A stretch of 44,712 nucleotides of DNA from a virus (lineage: Duplodnaviria > Caudoviricetes). Of this stretch, positions 32,784-40,449 are shown piece after piece. The stretch is from IMG/VR virus record IMGVR_UViG_3300020042_003245, positions 1 through 44,712 of that record, one strand, 5' to 3'. Each line of letters opens with the position of its first letter. The first letter of the stretch is position 1. The notes beneath the pieces are model-generated. The model did not search any database, was not told the origin of the DNA, and was given only the letters and a program-made list of their open reading frames with translations. The position numbers and the translations under genes are program-made.

Positions 32784-34157
32784 TTAACCTTTCTTTTGTG
32801 GCAAAGCGCCACGGTAGGCAGTTGAAGCACAGCCTGTGTAGCCACGAGCCTTTGATTTAATCAGGCCACCGCGAGCGGCAAATGCGCTACCGCCATAGCA
32901 ACAGCAATAATCAAAATATCCCGGATCAACAGTTGAGTCATCAAAAGTTGAATCACCAAAACTTGAGTCGTCAGTTGGGTCTTGCGTCCAACCTCCGGTG
33001 TTGTCGTTTATCAATGAACCCGTACCGTTGCCGCCTGATTCGTCGTATGTGGGGTCGTGGTATCCAGAGTCGCCTGCACTTGTTCCTGAGCCAGAGCTTG
33101 AGCCGGAGCTTGAGCCTGACCCAAATATATTTCCAAGGCTGGTAAATCCTTTATCCACAATTCCCTTAAATCCGGGAATTTTTTCGTACAGTCCCAATCC
33201 ACCTGCTCCTGCGGCGGCAATGCTTGACAGTGGTGACATGCACAAAGTTGTTTTGGTGCCCACTGGGATGCTGTAGCCCTGCAACAGACTACCCAATGAG
33301 GCCAGCTTGGTCAATGGGTAGTTTTCTTCGTTTTGACCAATGGTCTGCTGTTGACCACCAAGGGTGGACAGAGCATTGATACAGGCCAAGTTCAGGCCAG
33401 CACCAGTCTGTGCCAAGTTACCTATGTTTGTGCCTGCTGTATTTAGCAACTGACCCTCGTTTGCCGCCGCTTGTGCCGCAGTCTGGCCTGCGGTGAGGTT
33501 GCCAATATTTTGAGCGTTTTGGGCGGTTGATGTGGTGTTTGCAAGGTTGCCCAAAGCAGTTTGCTTGGCAGTGGCCGCTTGGAGCGCCTGTGCATAACCT
33601 TGGTTTTGCATGTTGGCAATCTGGGTGTTTAGGTCTTGCTGTGCCTGTGCATTGACTTGACCCAGCACTTGGGCACCACGCTGTGAACCAAACTGTCCCG
33701 AGCCAACTGCCGCCGCTGTGGCCGCAGGAGACAAGTTGTTGCGAATATTGCGTTGAGCAATGTCTGACATACCCTGTACAGCCGTTTGGATGTACGGGCT
33801 CATGTACTGAGATGCCAAGCATGAAAGGTTCAGGTTGGCGGTTTGGCAGATGAGCGGTCTGGCCGCGCACAAGGGGCTGGCATTGGTGCCTGCTTGCAAG
33901 TAGGGTGCGGCGGCACCAGTCACGTCCTGACCTGCCGCTTGGCCTATGTAGTTCTTACCTGTGGCAATGCTGGGTTGTTGCGCCCCAAAGTTTTGACAGA
34001 CCGCCTCAAAGGCTTTTGTCTGCAATGGCTGGGCACCTACGTAATCTGCTTGCCCGGCGGCGGCTTGGCCTTGAGTGGCAAGGTTGCTAAGGTAGTTCGT
34101 GTAATAACTAGGAGCCGTCGTTTCTTTGTTTTGTGACGATTGAAGTAAATTTGCCAT
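32784..34157 (-). CDS. Putative DNA ejection (pilot) protein (457 aa), Cys-rich
   Basis: QYMSPYIQ, AVGSGQFGSQR motif and Gln/Ala/Asn-rich coil typical of podovirus ejection proteins. Confidence 0.7.
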   Translation of the reverse strand: MANLLQSSQNKETTAPSYYTNYLSNLATQGQAAAGQADYVGAQPLQTKAFEAVCQNFGAQQPSIATGKNYIGQAAGQDVTGAAAPYLQAGTNASPLCAARPLICQTANLNLSCLASQYMSPYIQTAVQGMSDIAQRNIRNNLSPAATAAAVGSGQFGSQRGAQVLGQVNAQAQQDLNTQIANMQNQGYAQALQAATAKQTALGNLANTTSTAQNAQNIGNLTAGQTAAQAAANEGQLLNTAGTNIGNLAQTGAGLNLACINALSTLGGQQQTIGQNEENYPLTKLASLGSLLQGYSIPVGTKTTLCMSPLSSIAAAGAGGLGLYEKIPGFKGIVDKGFTSLGNIFGSGSSSGSSSGSGTSAGDSGYHDPTYDESGGNGTGSLINDNTGGWTQDPTDDSSFGDSTFDDSTVDPGYFDYCCCYGGSAFAARGGLIKSKARGYTGCASTAYRGALPQKKG

Positions 34158-34159
34158 TT

Positions 34160-36109
34160 TTAACCTTTCGCTCCATTGATGTAGTCAAGTGGAGATTTTG
34201 CCTTTGGGGGAATTTTACTTGTGGGCGCTGATCTTTTGTGTGCCCTGAGTTTCTCACGAAGGCCGTCCAAAATCTTTGCACCCGCCTTGTTGTTACCGCC
34301 ACCCAGAGCGGTCACAAATCCTTCTGGAAACACATACTCGCCGTCTGCAATCTTTGCAGGTACAGGTTTGCCGCCACCAGTCTCTTTGTGAGGAACTTGG
34401 CTACGGAAACCCTCAAGAACCTCTCTGCCAGCCTTGCTGGAACCGTCTCCCAACGCCGCCACCACATCAGCGTCCATCACGTAGTCGCCGTCATGGAGCA
34501 TGGCCGAAATGTCGTCTGATTGACCCGTACCACCACCGCAGGCATAAAAGCCAGTCAACCCAGTCACAAACTCTGTGTTGTGGCCTTCAGGTGCGGCTTC
34601 TCTGTACTTGCTTGGCAAACCACCTTTAGCCAAACCACCCATATTACCCATTGGGGATATGTATTGCTGGAGATGACGAAGTTCTTTGGGAGACAATGCC
34701 GCACGACGTGAAGATGCAGTCGATGTCAATAGGTTCGCGGCGCAATCAGCAAATTTAGGCATGTACTTTGGATCATTATTCAAGCAGAAACAAGTTGTTG
34801 TTCCACCCGAAGCAAATCCACTTGGACTTGCAAAGTTTCCAGAAATTTGATTTTCACTTCCATCAATGTCCAAGGGTTTCAAAATGTCAGCAGAATAATT
34901 TCTGCCAAGCAAAGCCGCTTCTCTTTTTTTCTTTTCTAGCTCTTCTTCTGTCAAAGTAGTTTTGGTCAAGGCGTTTGGATCAAGCTTGTTCACCAGCATT
35001 TCTGCATCTGTGTTCAACCATGGGCTCATCACATTTGACAGGGATGAGTAGTCACCAGCACCGCTTGGTTGGCCTCTTGATCCTCTTGATTTGCTTGAGC
35101 CTTGCTTGAGAAATGCGCTGGCATTGATGTTGGGCACATCGATGTTGTAGGCGCATGAAGGCGTAGGAATGATTGGCTGACCAGTCACGTTAGGGTTGTT
35201 GATGAAAGAGCCGGGGTCACCCAACGCAGGCATAGCGCTTTGATCGATAAACCCTGCGCCACTCACAGTGCCCAAGGCACCTGTAGAGTAATCAGGATTG
35301 TTGATGAATGAATTAGGGTCACCCAAAGGAGCGGAAGCATCAATTGAAAGCCCAGAGGCACCACCCATTTTGCTCATACCCGGCGCTTGACCCATGATGC
35401 TGTCCATGGTTAACCCGGTGTAAGCGCCAGCAGGATTCAAGCCTTGATAACTTGTGGGGATGTTGCTCTTGTCACCAGTCAGTGAGTAGTCGGCAGGCTT
35501 CACATCCCAACTTGATTTGTCAAGAGGCTCAAACTCATCAGTACCCTCTGGTGATTCATATGAAATATTAAAATCATCTTCATTCATTGATGGCGTGTTT
35601 AACTCTGTAGCCGCCGCATCAGTGAGTACATTGAACCCGGTATTCAGACCGCTCATCAAAGCGGCTTGTTTAATATCTCCACCACGCAATCCTGCGGCGG
35701 TTGCTCCAGCGGCGGCGCTACCAAGGGTTGCTGAAAGGCCAGCGTTGACTCCTTGATTTGCAAGCGATGACGTAACAGATGATCCTACGGCAGAGCCAGC
35801 TTGCCCAGTGACGTATGAAATTCCTGTATTTATTAAAGCATTTTCAAATGACTGCCCGTTAGCCACATTGCTTGCAAAATTTACGGCTGGCATGAGATAC
35901 GGCGCATAAACGGCGGTGGCAATCTTGGCCGCTGTACCAATTGGGTCTTTGCCTGCCGCTGTGATTGTGTTGTCTACAACCTCAACAACTGGCTGAAGGA
36001 TTTCTTTATCTACTGCTTGCAAAATATCGTCAGCACCATCAAAAACGGCACCTACAGCATCTCCAGCAAAATCGCCAGCATCTTCGACAAATTCAACCAC
36101 TGCTCCCAT
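34160..36109 (-). CDS. Putative ejection protein (649 aa) with duplicated C-terminal DG(D/E)YV domain
   Basis: Amphipathic N-terminus, Gly/Ala-rich membrane-like region, GTGQSDDISAMLHDGDYV and VPAKIADGEYV. Confidence 0.65.
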   Translation of the reverse strand: MGAVVEFVEDAGDFAGDAVGAVFDGADDILQAVDKEILQPVVEVVDNTITAAGKDPIGTAAKIATAVYAPYLMPAVNFASNVANGQSFENALINTGISYVTGQAGSAVGSSVTSSLANQGVNAGLSATLGSAAAGATAAGLRGGDIKQAALMSGLNTGFNVLTDAAATELNTPSMNEDDFNISYESPEGTDEFEPLDKSSWDVKPADYSLTGDKSNIPTSYQGLNPAGAYTGLTMDSIMGQAPGMSKMGGASGLSIDASAPLGDPNSFINNPDYSTGALGTVSGAGFIDQSAMPALGDPGSFINNPNVTGQPIIPTPSCAYNIDVPNINASAFLKQGSSKSRGSRGQPSGAGDYSSLSNVMSPWLNTDAEMLVNKLDPNALTKTTLTEEELEKKKREAALLGRNYSADILKPLDIDGSENQISGNFASPSGFASGGTTTCFCLNNDPKYMPKFADCAANLLTSTASSRRAALSPKELRHLQQYISPMGNMGGLAKGGLPSKYREAAPEGHNTEFVTGLTGFYACGGGTGQSDDISAMLHDGDYVMDADVVAALGDGSSKAGREVLEGFRSQVPHKETGGGKPVPAKIADGEYVFPEGFVTALGGGNNKAGAKILDGLREKLRAHKRSAPTSKIPPKAKSPLDYINGAKG

Positions 36110-36110
36110 A

Positions 36111-36542
36111 TTAAGCTCCTAAATTCAGGACAATTTGCGTCTTGCCAGACTTTGTTTTAAACGCTTGGTAACCCATACCGGGCAACGGTGGACGCATTGA
36201 AATAATCTTGAACAATTGAGACAACTGCGGATCATCAAATTCAGTGACAAGAACTTTCAAATTTAAAACACGACGAGCCCAAACAACAAACTGTTTGCTG
36301 TTCTCAACAAAATTGGGTGGTATGTCCACGTTAAAAGCTTTAAAAAATCCTTTACCTTCTGTTCCTGTGTGGACTTCAAACAGCGTGTTTCCAATTTGTT
36401 GTGTCTTGCAATTTGGTTGGCTCAACTCGGCCAAAATGGCAGGCATCACAACATTGTCAGGCTGAGGCTGAGGGTTGTTCTTTAGGAAAATGCCAAGAAT
36501 TTGACCTGAATCCAGTTCTTTCTCTTTTGAATCTACATACAT
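36111..36542 (-). CDS. Hypothetical protein, possibly GNAT-like acyltransferase fold
   Basis: 143 aa alpha/beta pattern; occupies the slot between nozzle and ejection genes where podoviruses often carry a GNAT-like gene; fold call is inference. Confidence 0.5.
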   Translation of the reverse strand: MYVDSKEKELDSGQILGIFLKNNPQPQPDNVVMPAILAELSQPNCKTQQIGNTLFEVHTGTEGKGFFKAFNVDIPPNFVENSKQFVVWARRVLNLKVLVTEFDDPQLSQLFKIISMRPPLPGMGYQAFKTKSGKTQIVLNLGA

Positions 36543-36543
36543 G

Positions 36544-37659
36544 TCATAACTCCGTTGTCATTATTGCCGCTGAATACACGTTGCCCATACCAGCCGCCAA
36601 CGACAGAATGGCACCCTTAGGTGCATCAACGTTATGCGACAAAAACACGTCATCTTCTTGAGTTCTATTCGGAATGCCGGGCACAAACCCGCTGTTCATA
36701 TTGTCGATCAGTAAGCATGTTTCTAGCAACCCGCTCACGCCCATGGTGTGGCCGATCACCTGTTTGTAGGATGTGGCGACAAAATCAGTGAAGACCGACT
36801 CAATGGCGTTTCTCTCTGCCTTGTTGTTTGACTTGGTGCCAGTCCCATGGGTTTTGATCACGGCCACGCAGTCTGGAGTCAGCTTTGCCATCTCCAGAGC
36901 GCCCTTGGCGGCCCGGATAAAGCCTTCACCACTCTCAGCCTGCCCAATGGCGTTTGCGTGGGCTTCTGAGGCCGTGTAGGCACCTAAAAGCCGCCCCTTA
37001 GGAATGATTCCACGACGTATCACCGTCTTCTCGTCCTCAAACACCGCCAAACAGGCTCCTTGGCCTACGTGGAAGCCACCGTTGACACCGTCAAAGGCCG
37101 AGGGCTTGACACCCTCTTTTTCGTCCTTCCACGCCAACGAGGCTTGCGCTTCGCCAAAAAAGTTCAGGGTAAGGTTGCTGACCTGATCCTCGACGGCCAA
37201 CACCACCACCCGGTTGAACCCATAGAACCGCATCAGGGTCTGCACGTCCATGAGCACCTTCATGCTGGATGCACAGGCGCTGGAGTCGGTCACAATGTGG
37301 TCGGATGCGCCAAAAGCTTGGGCTGTACGGCCTGCATACACCTGAGTCAGCGTCAGTGGCAGGAACTTGTACTCATAGATCAGCGAGTTGGGCTCAGACT
37401 TAATTGGGTTGATCCCAGCAAAGTGAGCATTGCCAGAAGCAAGAATGAACGCTGTTTTGGCATCTGTGTCTTCCCTGAGCGCCGTTGCCAATTCTTTGTC
37501 CAGTACCTTGTCGGCCACTCGGTGGGGCACGTAGAACAGGCCAGTCTTGATCCTGTCGTAGGTTTCAGGGAACCAGTTGACAACCTGAGGGTACTTAATG
37601 TCCTCAAGCAGTTTTGTCTCGGTGGTGGATGCCAGTCGGTAGTCGCTGAGATAAATCAT
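36544..37659 (-). CDS. Beta-ketoacyl-ACP synthase (FabB/FabF-like)
   Basis: Catalytic triad motifs SSACASS, THGTGT, KQVIGHTMG; also SAFD...GFHVGQGA and AAGMG. Confidence 0.92.
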   Translation of the reverse strand: MIYLSDYRLASTTETKLLEDIKYPQVVNWFPETYDRIKTGLFYVPHRVADKVLDKELATALREDTDAKTAFILASGNAHFAGINPIKSEPNSLIYEYKFLPLTLTQVYAGRTAQAFGASDHIVTDSSACASSMKVLMDVQTLMRFYGFNRVVVLAVEDQVSNLTLNFFGEAQASLAWKDEKEGVKPSAFDGVNGGFHVGQGACLAVFEDEKTVIRRGIIPKGRLLGAYTASEAHANAIGQAESGEGFIRAAKGALEMAKLTPDCVAVIKTHGTGTKSNNKAERNAIESVFTDFVATSYKQVIGHTMGVSGLLETCLLIDNMNSGFVPGIPNRTQEDDVFLSHNVDAPKGAILSLAAGMGNVYSAAIMTTEL

Positions 37660-37937
37660 TTGATCATCTCCATGGCGGCTTCAATGGACTCGCACTCTTG
37701 CTTCTTGTTTGCTTGGATGAAGTCAAACAATTCCTGAGGAGTGGTTGGGTGGTAATCGGTTGCGACAACGTCGTCAATGTCGTAAATGATTGCAAAGTAC
37801 ATCACGATCATCAAGCCATCCAAAGAGTCAATCTCCGTCTCTGTGAATGGCTCCTCCATGCTTTGCAATGGAGTCAGGTCTTGGTGAGATGGTTTGGTAA
37901 ACCGCGCCACCTTGTTGAGTAAATCAAGAAAGTTCAT
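37656..37937 (-). CDS. Acyl carrier protein (93 aa)
   Basis: Start ATG 37937 (GGGGGA RBS, ATGA overlap); acidic, EIDSLD phosphopantetheine site, TPQELFDFI final helix; coupled to the ketosynthase. Confidence 0.85.
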   Translation of the reverse strand: MNFLDLLNKVARFTKPSHQDLTPLQSMEEPFTETEIDSLDGLMIVMYFAIIYDIDDVVATDYHPTTPQELFDFIQANKKQECESIEAAMEMIK

Positions 37938-38176
37938 ATTTCCCCCACTGTCACACTTAAAATGCCGCACACTTGTTCGGCCCATTGCTCCCAGTGCTCA
38001 AAGCTTCGATGGTCAGGTATCCCAGATTCAGAGAAGTACCCAATGCCACTCAAGCCATCAACCCACTGTCGCCAGTTTTCTTCTTCTACATACCCCAACT
38101 GGTTAGGGGCAAACAACTCAGCCATCAGTTTGCAGTACTGATCCCAAGTCATCCCTCTCGGGTCGTAGGCAATCAT
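37934..38176 (-). CDS. Small Trp-rich tail-module protein (80 aa)
   Basis: TAATG coupling to nozzle, ATGA coupling to ACP. Confidence 0.7.
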   Translation of the reverse strand: MIAYDPRGMTWDQYCKLMAELFAPNQLGYVEEENWRQWVDGLSGIGYFSESGIPDHRSFEHWEQWAEQVCGILSVTVGEI

Positions 38177-40449
38177 TATGGATTACCTGTTCCGCGCACA
38201 TCGCCTGTATCCAAATTCAACAATGTTCGACCCATGAAGTAGTCGCCATTTTGTGTGTTGCTTCGGAACTTCAGGCGCATCTCGCGTCTTTGCTCTTTCA
38301 TGTCGATTTTAAGCGTATCCACAGCAAATACGTATGGTTCGGAGGGATCGTCAACGTCGTCAGCGTAGGATTTACCTGTCACCACCACTTCCATGTCGCC
38401 TACCTGCACAAAGTCAGGCTCAATCCGCTCGCATCGTGTCCACACGTTGTCGCCGGGTTGCTCTACAGCACCCACAAGACCCGCACGAGCACCAATCACA
38501 TTAGTCTCAAAGAACGAGTCAATTGCGTTCACGCTGTTGGTATAAACCTCATTTGTGCCAGTTTCGTGTTGCCACAAGGTGTACTGTCCCGCCGTGTTCT
38601 CGACGTTACCAGCCCAAATAGGCCGACGGAACACTTCAGAAAACACACCAGCAGAGCGATAAGCGCCCAAAGCTTGGCCTGCGTCATACCAGACCTTTTC
38701 TCTCACGTTGTAAATAATTGCGTCGTTGCATTCTTCACTGTCGCCAGATGGGAAGAACCACCAAATCTCACCCCAGCGCGGCACCTTGCTTGCCCACACT
38801 TTTTGTCGCTGGGCATAATTTAGGTTGTCAAAAAAGTAATTGAAGTTTTGTTTGTTGTCCAACTCTTGAACCACGCCGTTGTAGGCCAAGAATCGGTCTG
38901 TTCCACACCAGTAAAAAATGCCGTCATACTCAATAACGCACTGGCTGGACAGAATTGATGACTGCTGGGTGATGAGGTCGTATTTCCAGTAGAAAGTCTG
39001 GTTGCCAACGGTGGTTGGTGCATAAGTCACCCGTACCACTGAGTCCAATGTCCAGAATAGGCCAGCAGGAGACGTTGTACCGCCCCTCAGAGGCAGTCCT
39101 TTGACCACCTTAGTAGATGACACGTTGTTCCTATTGGAGTCGGCAGAAGTCCAGTTACTGAAGTCGCCTGCCGCGCAGTTGGAAATGTAACCATAGTTGC
39201 CATAGGCAAACAGGTATGGGAACAGCATCACAATGCCGCCAGACACCTCAATGTTGTTGTCAAAAGTCAATGTTGCGTAGACACCAAAAGTCAAGCCTGT
39301 GGTTGTGCCTGCGGTTGTGACAATGGCGGTGCCGCCAAACGTTGCCGACAACGTGAATGTGCTTGTTGTGTTGGTGGTAATTACGTAATACGTACCAGCG
39401 GAAATGCCTGTAGCAGTGCCCGTCAATATGCCAGTAACTACAACCGTTTGACCAACTGCAATGTTGGTTGTTGCTGTGCAGGAAAATTGTCCAGCAACGC
39501 CAGTAACGGCAACAGCGGCCAATAATGCACTTGGGGTTGACGCAGTGGCGTTGACACTCAACGTGGCCGTCCAAATACCCGAAACCTCTAAAGCCGATAC
39601 CACGGTGGTGCCTGTGGGGATGCCCGTACCAGTCACAGACACGCCAGCGCCAATTGCCGCAATTGTTGTTGGAAAGGTGACAGTAGGCGATCCACTTGTG
39701 GTGGTGCCTGTTGCCGTAAACACCCCCACAGGAGTTAGTGTTGACCCTGTGAATGTGCCAAACATGGGGCGTGTGTTTATTGAAGACGAGATGTCATTGA
39801 GGTTTTGACCGGGGTGAGCAATCAAATTGTTGTCGCCGTTGCCCAGTGCGTCATATCCAATGTCAAACTGCCATAGTGTGTTATCGCTTGGTGCGTAGGT
39901 AGTCAAATCGTTAACGTAAGAGGCAAATCCAGAGCCAGCACCGCCAATACTTGCATTGTTGATGGTGATAGACGCATTGTGGACGTAGTTAATACCACTT
40001 GTGGTCACAACCACACTTGTAATTAAATTACCTGCCACTATCACAGTGGCAAGTGCTCCCGTGCCTGCCGTAGAAACCAAAGGAACACTGGTGTATGTTC
40101 CGTTGACATAGCCTGAGCCTTGATTGGTAATTGTGATTGTTTCCAAAGAACCAGTCGGCTCAATTGGTGTTGGGCCAAAGCCTACGCCATTGTCATTATC
40201 AGTTGTCCACTGTTCAATGCCGTTGTTGTATCCAGATATTACATAGTTGAGGCCATCCTCGGCACTCATAATCATTCCGCGACTGATTCCTGTTGCGTCC
40301 AAAAAAGCCCCAGTGTAGCCACCAATCTTTCGTGGTCGGCTATATTGAAACCTCACCCATTTGCCGTCTACGTAACTTACGGAAGAAAATTGCGTGTTAT
40401 CCCTTTGGATGCCGGGGCCAACTTGTAGCGTGACAACTTTTGCGGTCAT
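38176..40449 (-). CDS. Tail nozzle/tube (stabilisation) protein with inserted Thr/Gly-rich domains
   Basis: 757 aa; PGIQRD, WVRFQYSRPRKIGG, WCGTDRFLAYNG, EIWWFFPS, IIYN beta-propeller-type motifs. Confidence 0.75.
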   Translation of the reverse strand: MTAKVVTLQVGPGIQRDNTQFSSVSYVDGKWVRFQYSRPRKIGGYTGAFLDATGISRGMIMSAEDGLNYVISGYNNGIEQWTTDNDNGVGFGPTPIEPTGSLETITITNQGSGYVNGTYTSVPLVSTAGTGALATVIVAGNLITSVVVTTSGINYVHNASITINNASIGGAGSGFASYVNDLTTYAPSDNTLWQFDIGYDALGNGDNNLIAHPGQNLNDISSSINTRPMFGTFTGSTLTPVGVFTATGTTTSGSPTVTFPTTIAAIGAGVSVTGTGIPTGTTVVSALEVSGIWTATLSVNATASTPSALLAAVAVTGVAGQFSCTATTNIAVGQTVVVTGILTGTATGISAGTYYVITTNTTSTFTLSATFGGTAIVTTAGTTTGLTFGVYATLTFDNNIEVSGGIVMLFPYLFAYGNYGYISNCAAGDFSNWTSADSNRNNVSSTKVVKGLPLRGGTTSPAGLFWTLDSVVRVTYAPTTVGNQTFYWKYDLITQQSSILSSQCVIEYDGIFYWCGTDRFLAYNGVVQELDNKQNFNYFFDNLNYAQRQKVWASKVPRWGEIWWFFPSGDSEECNDAIIYNVREKVWYDAGQALGAYRSAGVFSEVFRRPIWAGNVENTAGQYTLWQHETGTNEVYTNSVNAIDSFFETNVIGARAGLVGAVEQPGDNVWTRCERIEPDFVQVGDMEVVVTGKSYADDVDDPSEPYVFAVDTLKIDMKEQRREMRLKFRSNTQNGDYFMGRTLLNLDTGDVRGTGNP

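Noticed and set aside
33088-33116. GAGCC(A/G)GAGCTT tandem repeat
   Set aside because: Simply encodes a GSSS linker in the ejection protein
32784-36109. Cys excess as a sign of an alternative genetic code
   Set aside because: All genes read through under the standard code, TAA/TAG/TGA all act as stops, and Cys occupies expected catalytic and zinc sites elsewhere
34160-36109. Tape measure protein call
   Set aside because: Shares only the short C-terminal signature; no tail tube, sheath or tail chaperone genes seen, and the context is podovirus-like
36544-37937. KS/ACP as host contamination or a polyketide cluster
   Set aside because: Coupled by overlaps to phage tail genes on both sides; no reductase, dehydratase, chain-length factor or PPTase nearby
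37938-37985. 16-aa N-terminal extension of the ACP in the ORF track
   Set aside because: Lies inside the upstream 80-aa gene; ATG 37937 has an RBS and ATGA coupling
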